64,000 nt of DNA from positions 4,402,001 to 4,466,000 of the forward strand of contig JASTWF010000034.1 of NCBI GenBank assembly GCA_030390025.1. The letters run 5' to 3'. Position numbers and translations under genes: made by a program. Below the pieces are notes generated by a model. It did no database searches. It had not been told where the DNA came from and saw only the letters and a list, made by a program, of their open reading frames with translations. Positions 14,801 to 27,962 of the stretch are shown here, piece after piece. This DNA comes from Squalus acanthias (taxonomy: Eukaryota). Position 1 is the first letter of the stretch. Each line of letters begins with the position of its first letter.

Positions 14801-16028
14801 ACATTAAGTTGACAAGATTGCCTCTGTATCGGGGAATAAACTTACATTTAATTGTTAATTTGACATGATGCCCTCTACACTGGGGAATAAAGTTACAGTT
14901 AATTGTTAATTTAGACATGATACCGTCTACAACGAGGAATAAAATTACATTTAATTGTTAATTTTGACATGATTCCCGCTACACCGCATAATATAGTTAC
15001 AGTTATTAGCTAATTTTTACATGATGCGCTCTACACAGGGAAATAAAGTTAGAGTTAATTGTTAATTTGACATGCTGCCCAATATATTGGGGAATAAATT
15101 TAAAGTTAATTTTTAATTTGTAACAGTTTATGTTAATTTGACATGATGTACTCTACACCAGGAAATAAAGTTGCATTGAATTCTTAATTTAGACATGATT
15201 CCTGCTATTCCAGGGAATGAAGTTACAGTTAATTGTTAATTTAGAAATGATTCCCTCTAAACCAGGGAATAAGGTTACAGTTAATTGTTTATTTCGACAT
15301 GAAACCCTCCACACCCGGTAATTAACAGTTAATTGCAAATTTTGACATGATATCCTCTACTCCATGGAATAAAGTTACAGTTATGTGTTAATTTAGTGAA
15401 GACGCCCTCAACACCATGGAATAAAGTTACTGTTCATTGTAAATGTTGACATGATATACTCTACACCAGGGAATAAAGTTACAGTTAAGTGTTAATTTAG
15501 AGAAGATGCCCTCTACACCGGGGATTAAAATTACAGTAAATTGTTAATTTTGACATGAAGCCCTCTACAACGGGGAACAAAGTTTCAGTTAATTGTTAAT
15601 TTCGAGAAGATGCCCTCTACATTGTTGAATAATGTTACAGTTAATTGTTAATTTTGACATGAAGCCCTCTACACCGGGGACTGCAGTTACAGTTAATTGT
15701 TAATTTAGACATGATTCCCTCTACACCAGGAAATGAAGTTACATGTAATTGTTAATTTGACATGAGACCCTCTACACCGGGGAATAAAGTTAAAGTTAAT
15801 TGTTAATTTGGACATGATACCCTCTACACCGAGGAATAAAATTATATTTATTTTTTAATTTAGACATGATTCCTGCTACACCGCGTAATATAGTTACAGT
15901 TATTTGCTAATTTTTACATGTTGCACTCTACACAGGGAAATAATACTACAGATAATTGTTAATTCAGAAATGATACCCTGTATACCAGGGAATAAAGTTA
16001 CAGTTAATAGTTAATTTGACATGATGCC
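11881..16028. repeat. Near-identical 2074 bp tandem duplication (higher-order repeat) within the satellite
   Basis: 11881-13954 matches 13955-16028, including diagnostic variants (e.g. CAGAAATGATACCCTGTATA at 13891 and 15965). Only a few substitutions seen. Confidence 0.9.
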
Positions 16029-19000
16029 CTCTACACCGGGAAATAAAGCTGGAGTTAATTGTTAATTTGACATGATGCCCAATACACTGGGAAATAAATT
16101 TAAAGTTAATTTTTAATTTGTCATGAAAACATCTCCACTGGGGAAAAAAGTTACAGTTAATTGTTAATTTGTCCTGATAACCTCTGGAACGGGAATTTAA
16201 AATGAGAGTTAATTGTTAAAGTAGACATGTTACCCTCTACAACGGGTAATAAAATTAAACTTAATTATGAATTTGATATGATAACGTCTTCACCAGGGTA
16301 AAAAGTTACAGTTAATTGTTAATTTAGAAATGATATCCTCTACACCGGGGAATAATGTTACAGTTAATTGTTAATTTGACATGATTCCCTCTACACCAGG
16401 AAATGAAGTTACATGTAATTGTTAATTTGACATGATACCCTCTACACCGGGGAATAAAGTTACAGTTAATTGTTAATTTAGACATGATTCCCTCTACACC
16501 AGGAAATGAATTTACATGTAATTGTTAATTAGACATGATGCCCTCTGCACTGAGGAATAAAAGTACATTTATTTGTTAATTTTGACATGATTCCCGCTGC
16601 ACCGCGTAATATAGTTACAATTATTTGCTCATTTTTACATGATGCACTCTACACAGGGAAATAAAGTTACAGTTAATTGTTAATTCAGACATGATACCCT
16701 GTATACCGGGGAATAAAGTTACACTTAATTGTGGATTTGACATGATGCCCAATACACTGGGGAATAAATTTAAATTTAATTTTTAATTTGTCATGAAAAC
16801 ATCTACACTGGGGAAAAAAGTTACAGTTGATTGTTCATTTTACATGATACCCTCTACAATGTGTAATAAAGTTACAGTAAATTGTTAATTTACACATGAT
16901 ACCCTCTACACCGAGGAGTAAAGTTACAGTTAAATATTAATTTGACATGATTGCCTCTGCACCGGGGAATAAACTTATATTTAATTGTTAATTTGACATG
17001 ATGCCGTCTGCACCAGCGAATAAAGTTACATTGAATTATTAATTTAGACATGATTCCCGCTATTCCAGGAAATGAAGATACAGTTACTTTTTAATTTGGC
17101 ATGATGCCCTCTACACCGGGAATAAAGTTACAGTTAATTGTTAATTTAGACATGATAACCTCTACACCGGGGAATTAAAATAACAGATAATTTTTTATTT
17201 GACTTGATGTCTTCTACACCGGGGAATAACATTAATGTTAATTAATAATTTGATATGATACCCTCTTCACCAGAGTATAAAGTTACAGTTAATTTTTAAT
17301 TTAGACATGATATCATCTACACCAGGGAATAAAGTCACATTTAATTGTTAATTTAGACATGATTCCCTCCACACCGGGGAATATAGTTACAGTTAATTGC
17401 TAATTTAGACATGTTACCCTCTACAGCGAGGAATAAAGATACAGTTAAATGTTACTTTAACATGATACCCTCTACATCGGGGAATGAAGTTACAGTTAAT
17501 TGTTAATTTAGAAATTATTCCCTCTAAACCGAGTAATAAAGTTACACGTTATTATTAATTTGACATGATACACTTTAAAACAGGGAATACAGTTAAAATT
17601 AATTGTTAATTTAGACATGATGCCCTCTACACTGGGTAATAAAGTTACAGTTAATTGTTAATTTGACATGATACCCTCGAAACTGGGGAATTTAGTTAAA
17701 GGTAATTCTTAATTTGACATGATACTCTCTATACTGGGGAATAAAGTTACAGTTGATAGTGAATTTGACATGATAACCTTGAAACTGGGGCATACTGTAA
17801 CAGTCAATTGTTTATAAAACTTGATAACCTCTACAGCGGGCAATAAAGTTACAGTAAATTGTTAATTAAGACCTGATACCCTCTACACCGAGGAGTAAAG
17901 TTACAGTTAAATATTAATTTGACATGATGCACTGTACACCAGGGAATAAAGTTACATTGAATTTGTTAATTTAGACATGATTCCCGCTATTCCAGGGAAT
18001 GAAGTTACAGTTAATTGTTAATTTGGCATGATGCCCTCTACACCGGGAATAAAGTTACAGTTAATTGTTAATTTAGACATGATGCCCTCTACACCGGGGA
18101 ATTAAAATTACAGATAATTGTTTATTTGATTTGATGTCCTCTACACCTGGGACTACAGTTACAGATAATTGTTAATTGAGACATGATACCCTCCACACCG
18201 GGGAATATAGTTACAGTTAATTGCTAATTTAGACCTGATTCCCTCTATACCGGGGAATAAAGTTACAGTTAATTGTTAATTTAGACATGATGCCCTGTAC
18301 ACCGGGGAATAAAGTTACTGTTAATTGTTAATTTAGACATGATACCTTCTACACAGGAGAATTGAGTTACAGTTAATTGTTAAATTAGCCATGCTTCCCT
18401 GCACACCGGGGAATAAAGTTACAGTTAATTGATAATTTAGACATGATGCCCTCTACACTGTGGAATAATGTTACAGTTAATTGTTAATTTTGACATGAAG
18501 CCCTCCAGACCGGGGACTACAGTTACAGTTAATTGTTAATTTAGACATGATTCCCTCTACACCGGGGAATAAAGTTAGAGTTAATTGTTGATTTGAAATG
18601 ATGTCCTCTACACCGGGGAATAAAGTTACAGTAAATTGTTAATTTAGACATGATTCCCTCTACACCGGGAAATTAATTTACATTTAATTTTTAATTTGAC
18701 ATGATATTCTCTGCACCGGGTATAAAGTTACGGTTAATTGTTAATTTAGAAATCATTCCCTCGAAACCGGGGAATAAAGTTACACTTAATTGTTAATTTG
18801 ACATAACAATCTCTACACTGGAGAATAATGTTACAGTTAATTGTTAACTAAGACATGATACGCTCTACAAAGGGGAATTAAAATTACAGTTAATTGTTAA
18901 TTTGAAATGATGCCCTCGACACCGGTGAAGAAATATTAAAGTTAATTGTTAATTTATCATGATACCCTCTACACTGGGGAATTATGTTACAGTTGATTGT

Positions 19001-20240
19001 GAATTTGACATGAAACCCTTTACACTGGGGAATATTGTAATATTCAATTGTGTATCAGAATTGATAACCTTTACTTCGGGCAATAAAGTTACATTGAGTT
19101 TTTAATTTAGACATGATACCCTCAACAACGAGCAATAAAATTACAGTTAATTGTTAATTTGACATGATGCACTCTACACCAGGGAATAAAGTTACATTGA
19201 ATTGTTAATTTAGGCATGATTCCCGCTATTCCAGGGAATGAAGTTACAGTTAATTGTTAATTTGACATGATGCCATCAACACCGGGAATAAAGTTACAGT
19301 TACTTGTTAATTTACACATGATACCCTCTGCACCGGGGAATAAAGTTACAGTTAATTGTTAATTTAGACATGATACCCTCTACAACGGGGTATAACATTA
19401 AAGTTAATTATTTATTTGATATGATACCCTCTTTACCAGGGTATAAAGTTACAATTAATTGTTAATTTAGACATGATATCCTCTACACCGGGGAATAAAG
19501 TTAGAGTTAATTGTTAATTAGACATGATTCCCACTACACTGGGGAATAAATTTAAAGTTAATTTTAAATTTGTCATGAAAACATCTACAATGGGGAAAAA
19601 AAGTTAAAGTTGATTATTAATTTTACTTGATTACCTCTACACCGGGAATAAAGTTACAGTTACTTGTTAATTTAGACATGATACCCTCTGCAACGGGGAA
19701 TAAAGTTACAGTTAATTGTTAATTTGACATGATACCCTCTACAACGTGAAATTAAATTTAGAGTTATTTGTTAATTTGACATGATACACACGACACTGGG
19801 GAATAAAGTTATATTTAATTGTTAATTTAGACATGATACCCTCTACAACGGGGTATTGCATTAAAGTTAATTATTTATTTGATATGATACCCTTTTTACC
19901 AGTGTATAAAGTTACAGTTAATTGTTAATTTTGACATGATATCCTCTACACCGGGGAATAAAATTACAGTTAATTGTTAATTTAGACATGATACCCTCTA
20001 CACTGGGGAATGAAGATACAGTTAATTGTTAATTTAGACATGATTCCCTCTACTCCGGGGAATGAAGTTACAGTTAATTGTTAATTTAGAAATGATTTCC
20101 TCTAAACCGGGGAATAAAGTTGCACTTATTTGTTAATTTGACATGATACACTCTACAACAGGGAATAAATTTACAGATAATGTTTAACTTAGACATGATG
20201 CCCTATGCACAAGGAATAAAGTTACAGTTAATTGTTAATT

Positions 20241-20314
20241 AAGATCCCGGTTGAGGCCGTCCTCATGGGTGCGGAACTTGGCTATCAGTTTCTGCTCGAC
20301 GATTTTGCGTTGTC
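20241..20314 (-). mobile_element. Short fragment of a Penelope-like element (GIY-YIG endonuclease C-terminus)
   Basis: The reverse complement translates to RQRKIVEQKLIAKFRTHEDGLNRDL, matching the E..LI..F.T...GLNRD motif of PLE endonucleases. Confidence 0.8.
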
Positions 20315-21855
20315 TACACCTGGGAATACATTTACAGTGAATTGTTAATTTAGACATGATTCCCTCTACACTGGGGAATAAAGTTACAGTTAACTGTTAA
20401 TTTTGAAATGATGCCCTCTATACCGGTGACTAAAGTTACAGTTAATTGTTAATTTCGACAAGATGCCCTCTACATTGTTGAATAAAGTTTCAGTTAATTG
20501 TTAATTTCTACAAGATGCCCTCTACATTTTTGAATAAAGTTACAGTGAATTGTTAATTTCGACATTATTCCCTCTACACCGGGGAATGACGTTACAGTTA
20601 ATTCTTAATTTGACATGATGCACTCTGCACCGGGAATAAAGTAACAGTTAATGGTTAATTTAGAAATGATTCCCTCTACACCGGGGAATTACAATTACAG
20701 TTAATTGTTAATTTTACATGATGGCTTCTACACCATGGAATAAAGTTGAAGTTAATTTTGTATTTGATATGTTACGCTCTACACCAGGGAATAATGTTGC
20801 AGTTAATTGGTAACGTAAACATGAAACCCTCCACACTGGGGAATAAAGTTACAGTTTACTGTTAATTTAGAAATGATATCCTCTACACCAGGGAATAATG
20901 TTACAGTTAATTGTTAATTTGACATGATACCTCTACACCGTGGATTTAAAATTACAATTAATTGTAAATTTGACATGATGCCCTCTACACCGGGGAATAA
21001 AGTTTCAGTTATTTGTTAATTTCGACTAGATGCCCTCTACATTGGTGATTAAATTTACAGTTAATTGTTTATTTGACATGATGCCCTTTTCACCTGGGTA
21101 TACATTTACAGTTAATTGTTAATTTAGATATGATATCCTCTACACCAGGGAATAATATGACAGCTAATTATTACCTTAAACATCATACCCTCCACACCGG
21201 GGAATATAGTTACAGTTAATTGATCATTTTTACTTGATGCTCTCTACACAGGGGAATAAAGTTACATTAAATGTTTAAGTTATACAAGATGACCTCTACA
21301 ACGGGGAATAAAGTTACAGTTAATTGTGAATTTAGAAATGATACCCTCTAAATCGAGGTATAAAGTTACAATTAATTGTTAATTTGACATGATGCCCTCT
21401 ACACCTGGAGTAATGTTAAAGTTAATGGTTAATGTAGAAATGATTCCCTCTACACCGAGGAATTCAAATTAAAGATAATTGTTAATTTGACATGATTTAC
21501 TCTACACCGGGGAATACAGTTACAGGTAATTGTTAACTTAGACATGATGCACTCTGCACTGGGGAATAAAGTTACACTTAATGTTTAATTTGACATGATG
21601 CCCTCTACAGCGGGGAATAAATTTATGGATAATTGTTAACTTGGACATGATGCCCTCTACACAGGGAATAAAGTTACATTAAATTTTTAATTTAAACATG
21701 AGAACCTCTTCACCGGGAAATAAAGTAATAGTTAATTATTAATTTGACATGATACCCTCTACACCGGGGAATAAAGTTACAGTCAATTGTTAATTTCGAC
21801 AGGATGCCCTCTACGTTGTTGAATAAAGTTACAGTTAATTGTTAATTTAGACAAT

Positions 21856-22589
21856 GGCCCAGAAATTGATCTCGCTCTGTTCCCGCGGGGGTAAGCCTTC
21901 CCCGCGATGTCTCACCTCGCTTATGCTTTTTCTGATCCAGCTCGCACGAAATTGATGTTCCAGACATCAGCTGTGCTGGGCTTGCGTATCCCAGCGGCGT
22001 AGTTAATTCGTGCGAGCTGTGGGATCACGTGACTCAGTTAGAGCCAATGGCAGCACACCATCTTCCATTCATAAGTCTCACAGCTATTATGAATCTTACA
22101 CCCCCCCCAAAATAACAGCTAAACCTCAATTAAATTTAAAAAAAAAACCATCACATTAATAAAATAAGTATAGTTAATTAAATTAACCATTTTAAATAAA
22201 AAATTAAATTTTTGAAAAAATTTAAAATCTTTTAAAAAGTTATAAAAATAAACTTACCTGTCTTTAAAGTCTATAAAAAAGATATACCTGTAAAAAAAAA
22301 TTCAAAAAAATACTTAATTCACTACTTACCTTCTTAAAAGCGGGTCTTACTCCTCCTTTTTACATTTCCAAAATCTTCCCTACTTACCTGCGCGTCCAAA
22401 GCATGAAGTGCACAGCGTGCGCGCAGCCTGTAGCGCGCACGCGATGCAGCCAGGCCCCGCCCCCTTTTCGGAAGAGCAATTGCCGGTTTTCAGCGCATGC
22501 GCAGGGCATGCAGAAAACCGGCAATTGGAGTGGGAATACGCGAGAGTATGCAGTGCGTACTCTCGCGTCCCGGGATCAATTTTCGGCCC
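21856..22589. mobile_element. Non-autonomous DNA transposon (MITE), PIF/Harbinger-like
   Basis: Imperfect TIRs GGCCCAGAAATTGATCTCG and (reverse complement) GGGCCGAAAATTGATCCCG. A 3 bp direct repeat AAT lies at 21853-21855 and 22590-22592. The satellite resumes on both sides and there is no transposase ORF. Confidence 0.8.
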
Positions 22590-25217
22590 AATATGTACTC
22601 TACACCTGGGAATACATTTACAGTGATGTGTTAATTTAGACATGATACCCTCTACACTGGGGAATAAAGTTAGAGTTAATTGTTAATTTGACATGATGCC
22701 CTCTACATCGGAGACTAAAGATACATGTTAATTGTTAATTTGACATGATACCCTCTACACCGGAGAATACAGTTAGAGTTAATTGTTAATTTGACATGAT
22801 GCCCTCGACAGTGTTGAATAAAGTTACAGTTAATTGCTAATTTAGACATGATTCCTTCTACTCCAGGGAATGACGTTAAAGTAAATTCTTAATTTAGAAA
22901 TGATTCCCTCTACACCGGGGAATTGAAATTACAGTTAATTGTTAATTTGACATGATGCCCTCTACACCGCGGAATAACGTTGACGTTAATTTTGTATTTG
23001 ATATGTTATCCCCAACAGCACGGAATAATTTTACAGTTAATTGTTAACGTAAACATCAGAAACTCCACACCGGGGAATAAAGTTACAGTTAATTGTTAAT
23101 TTGCCATGATATACTCTACACCTTGGAATTAAAATTACAATTATTAGTTAATTTGACATGATGCCCTCTACACCGGGGAATAAAGTTTCAGTTATTTGCT
23201 AATTTAGACATGATATCTTCGACACCGGGAAATAAAGTTACAGTTCATTTTTAATTTGTCATGATAACCTCTACACTGGGGAATAACGTTAGAGTTGATT
23301 GTGAATATGACATGAGACCCTTTAGACTGGAGAATACTGTTTCAGTCCATTGTTTATAAGATTTCTTATCCTCTAAGCTGGGGAAAACAGTTACAGTTGA
23401 TTGTTAATTTGACATGATACCCTCTACACCGGGGGAAAAATTTACAGATAAATTTTAAATTGACATGATTGCCTCTGCACCGGGGAATAAAGTTAAAGTG
23501 AATTGTTAATTTAGACATGGTTCCCTCTACACCGGGGAATGAAGTTAAAGTTAATTGTTAATTTGACATGATGCCCTCTACAACGGGACTAAAGTTACAG
23601 TTAATTGTTAATTTAGAAATCATTCCCTCTTAACCAGGGAATAAAGTTACAGTTCTTTGTTAATTTTACACGATAAACTCTACACCAGTGAATGAATTTG
23701 CAGTTAATTGTTAATTTCGACATGATACCCTCTACAACGGGAAACAAAGTTACAGTTAATTGATAATTTGACATGATACCCTCTACAAAGGGAAATTAAA
23801 ATTACAGTTAATTGTTAATTTCGACATGATGTCCTCTACACCGGGGGATAAAGTTAGAGTTAATTGCTAATTTAGACATGATACCCTCTACAACGGGAAA
23901 TTAAACTTACAGTTAATTGTTTATTTGACATGATGCCCTCTTCACCTGGGTATAAAGTTACAGTAAATTGTTAATATAGATATGATATCCTATACACCAG
24001 GGAATAATGTTACAGTTAATTGTTAACTAAAACATCATACCCTCCACACCGGGGAATGTAGTTACAGTTAATTGATAATTTTGACTTGATGCTCTCTACA
24101 CCGGGGAATAAAGTTACATTTAATTGTTAAGTTATACAAGATGCCTTCTACAACGGGAAATAAAGTTACAGTTAATTGTTAATTTAGACATGATACCCTC
24201 TAAGCCGGGGTATAAAGTTACAATTAATTTTTAATTTGACATGATGCCCTCTACACCGGGAATAAAGTTACAGTTTATGGTTAATGTAGAAATGATTCCC
24301 TCTACACCGGGTAATTAAAATTACAGTTAATTGTTAATTTGACATGATGTCCTCTACACCGGGGAATAAAGTTATAGGTAATTGTTAACTTAGACATGAT
24401 GCCCTCTGCACTGGCGAATAAAGTAACTGTTAATTGTTAATTTGACATGATGCCCTCTACACCGGGGAATAAATTAACTGATAATTGTTAACTTAGACAT
24501 GATGCCTTCTGCACAGGGAATAAAGTTACAGTAAATTGTTAATTTAGACATGAGAACCTCCACCGGGAAATAAAGTAACAGTTAATTATTAATTTGACAT
24601 GATGCCCTCTACACCAGGGAACAAAGTTACAGTTAATTATTAATTTGACATGATGCCTTCTACACCTGGGAATAAATTTACATTGAATTTTTAATTTAGA
24701 CATGATTCGCTGTACACTGGGGATTAAAGTAACAGTTAATTGTTAATTTCGACATAATACCATCTACCCTGGCGAATTAAAATTACAGTTAATTGTTAAT
24801 TTGACATGCTGTCCTCTACACCGGGGAATAAAGTTACAGTTAATTTTAATTTGACATGATACCCTCTACAACGGGAAATTACAATTACAGTTAATTGTTA
24901 ATATGACATGATGTCCTCTACACCGGGGAATAAAGTTGCAGTTCATTTTGTATTTGTTATATTACCCTCTACACCAGGGAATAATTTTACAATTAATTGT
25001 TAATGTAAACATCAAACCCTCTCCACCGGGAATAAAGTTACAGTAAATTGTTAATTTAAGCATGATACCCTCTACAAGGAGGAAAAATGTTACAGATAAA
25101 TGTTAATTTGACATGATTGTCTCTGCACCAGGGAATAAAGTTAACGTGAATTGTTAATTTAGACATGATTCCCTCTATTCCGCAGAATTAAGTTACAGTT
25201 AATTGTTAATTTGACAT

Positions 25218-25801
25218 TGTTGATAAAAAATGAATTCACTTGAGTCTCTCTCAAAGCAGAAGATCACAGTTTATTTAACAGAGCGCATTGGGAGAAGAGC
25301 CATAGACCCCGCGGTCTAGTAATCAACTTCTCGTCGTTACAGTGGTATCAGAACTTGATTTAGACATTATAGAGCCGGATACGCAATTCATTACATACAA
25401 ATGTCTCCACCAAATCACATTCCCCTAGCAACAAGCCCCTTACCCAATCATATATCTCCACCACTGACTTAATTATAATCTGCACTATAAGCTAAATTTT
25501 CTTGTTACTTCTCTTCCGAAACTGTAAACATACAGAGTGTTGCGCCACATTTGCTTGGCCGGACTGGCTAGTCATGCGGTGATTGATTCTCAATTGTAAC
25601 CGTTGGGCTTTTATCGTAGTCGTTTGTTCCTTATTGGTGGGCTTCAGCTATCTCGCACGTACGCATGTTGACAGTAGACATTACTCATCACACTGTATCA
25701 GAGAAGCCATCTGTCTTGTCTTATTTACGAGTTCACCTTTTACAGCACGTTCTTTAAATCTTTACGTTGCTTCTTTAAGCCCTATAATTTACACCCTAAC
25801 A
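25218..25801 (-). repeat. ERV 3' LTR (584 bp)
   Basis: The minus strand begins TGTTAGGG and ends TCAACA, with AATAAA near 25270. It is directly preceded by a purine-rich tract and is homologous to 31020-31386. Confidence 0.9.
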
Positions 25802-25819
25802 GTCCCTCCTGTTGGTCCC
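25802..25819 (-). other. Polypurine tract
   Basis: Minus strand reads GGGACCAACAGGAGGGAC immediately 5' of the LTR TG. Confidence 0.7.
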
Positions 25820-25995
25820 TGATCAAAACTCTTTTCTGACAGGGAACCAGCATCATGCGGATTTCTGGTAATGTAAGTCGATCTTTGATACAGCATTTGG
25901 CAGTACTTCTTAGTATTCTGGCCTGATGTTCTGTATGTTTACATTCCAGGGGCTCACAGTCCGTTAGTCAGACTGTGGCATCCTTGTATACGGAC

Positions 25996-27146
25996 TCATA
26001 TCCACACATTTCTCTCTCCAGGTGTCAATTGGTTAACCATCATGACACTTACAGCATGCCATGACATTTGAGCGCAACAACATTTTAACAATAGGACCAG
26101 ACCATACATCACTAATATTATAACAAAGAACAAAATCAATCCTTGTACTACTGATGTCCCGAGTGATCCCAACCATCCAGTTGCCCAGCCCCAAAGGGTG
26201 GATGCTGGAGGTTGTTTTAATTTTTTTTACTTCTTCCTGTATGCGTGATGCCAAGTCAGTTATTGCTTCCGAGTTGTCTGGTATGTAGGTGCAGCATTCT
26301 GTACCTATTAGGGCACAGGTTCCCCCTTTTACTGCCAACACATAGTCAAGGGCCATCCGATTTTGTAGAGCTACTGTGCGGAGGTTTGCCATGTCTGCAT
26401 TAACCTTAACTAGGGCTTCAGTAGTATCGTTGGCCACCTGCTGCAAGACGGGGGCCAGGTGAATGGATTCCCTTGCCAATTTACCAGCTCCATAGCAGGA
26501 TAACGCAATTGCCCAGAATCTTTCAGTCTCCGTGATGGCTCGTCTGGCTCTCCCGTGGAGGTCCTTCAGTGAACCCATGTGATATATGTAGCGTTCAACA
26601 TAAGCCAGATAACAAGAACGCGTCCATTCTCGGGGCAACCAGGATAGGCCCTATGACCGCACACGAAATGAGTCCCGTTGTAGGGGGTATACTTATTTAC
26701 CTCTGGGGGGTCCGATTGTACCTCGTTCTCAGGAACGGTGGTAGATAGGAAGCGTTATATATTGACTGTGTTCACCCACTACAATATTCTGAGTTGTACC
26801 CATGACGTTGGAGCTTTGCCATAGTGATGCCGTCTGTCTTGGCTTCATAACAGCCCTCACTTGTGCATCCTGCTCTAACTCCAAACATCTAACTGACCGT
26901 CTCATCATCACTATGTGGGATTGGTTGTAGGGGGACTCCGTCCTCCGAGTGCGTGGGGACATGGGCGCAGACCCAACAGCTGGCAACATCAACTCTCTTG
27001 GCATATGTGTATGACATATATAAAAAGGTGTTCACCCATAACCCTGTTTTGGCCCATGGGTGCACTCTAGCCTGAGTCCTCCCGAGGCTACATATTATGA
27101 TTATACAAACAAGAAAACTACACATGATATTGCGTAACACGTTCAT
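25996..27146 (-). pseudogene. env: Gamma-type retroviral envelope, disrupted and short in SU
   Basis: Signal peptide plus CWVC (26889-27146). Furin site RARR, immunosuppressive domain LQNRMALD and CX6CC (CALIGTECC) in 26033-26638. After a frameshift near the T-run at ~26221-26228, the TM anchor GLILFFVIILVMYGLVLLL and KCCC tail follow. Confidence 0.92.
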
Positions 27147-27250
27147 CTTATCACTTTATGTTAACAATGTCCCAAAGGCTATATCGCCAACCGAACCGCT
27201 TTGTTGCTTGTAGATTTTATTTTCCTGTGGGGGTGAATAGAATACGGTCA

Positions 27251-27484
27251 TTAGGCTGGTTCCTCGATCATAATCAATTGGATTCCCTCCTCCTGCTCGA
27301 CCGATTGGAGTCGATGGGATTGTTCCCATACATACTTCACGATACATCCCATGGCGTATCCCATTATGACAATGCATATTGTCCATACCAACGTTCGTAC
27401 CAGCACCCACTTCCATTCTTTGTATTGTCTATCGTATTCTTCACTTCCCACAAAAGGTACTTGCTCTGGTGTAGCCCCCATCAA
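27251..27484 (-). CDS. Putative small single-pass membrane accessory ORF between pol and env
   Basis: 77 aa ORF on the proviral sense strand with a hydrophobic segment (WVLVRTLVWTICIVIMGYAMGCIV) flanked by charged residues. No recognisable homolog. Confidence 0.35.
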   Translation of the reverse strand: MMGATPEQVPFVGSEEYDRQYKEWKWVLVRTLVWTICIVIMGYAMGCIVKYVWEQSHRLQSVEQEEGIQLIMIEEPA

Positions 27485-27962
27485 GAGGGAGAAGGAAGAT
27501 CCCAGAGTCTATGTACCGGCACTGTTAGGGGGCAGGCAGTGCGATATGTCTGTAGACACGGGAGCTTCTGTATCCATTACCGATTTACCCCTTCCCCTCA
27601 CCAAACAAAGGATAGACATAGTGGGGTTAGGAGGGGAGCGTTTACATGCATTTAAAAGTGAGGTACAAGTATTGGAATTAGCGGGACAACTATTACCCGC
27701 ACAATTTTATGTATGCCCAAACAGTGAGGGGACTATCTTAGGAATAGATTTGTTAAAAGAATTTAATTTGTTAATAGATTCACGACAAGGAAAGTTAACC
27801 TGGGTACAGGGAGACGGGAACAAAGTAAACTGGGGAAAGCCACTTTGCCATTTGGCAACAGTAGGAAGTGCAAAAATCGTGGCCCGGGACGGGAAGGAGG
27901 AAGGAGACTTTGGGAATATATGCAAGGCAATGAAGTCAGTATGGACGACCTCAAAACAGGAC
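27474..27962 (+). pseudogene. pro: Retroviral aspartic protease plus start of RT (inverted relative to gag and env)
   Basis: VDTGAS catalytic motif, IVGLGG flap and ILGIDLL. Ends at SVWTTSKQD, the typical RT N-terminal W...D position. Confidence 0.9.

Larger units (their letters stand above)
1..25217. repeat. AT-rich tandem satellite, ~51-52 bp unit (consensus GACATGATACCCTCTACACCGGGGAATAAAGTTACAGTTAATTGTTAATTTA)
   Basis: Unit repeated head-to-tail throughout. Interrupted at ~1781-3765, 20241-20314 and 21856-22589. Ends abruptly at the ERV LTR. Confidence 0.97.

Noticed and set aside
1..25217. Regular short repeats resembling a CRISPR array, and short Cys/His-rich ORFs on the minus strand
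   Set aside because: There are no unique spacers or cas genes and the context is eukaryotic. The ORFs are translations of the satellite.
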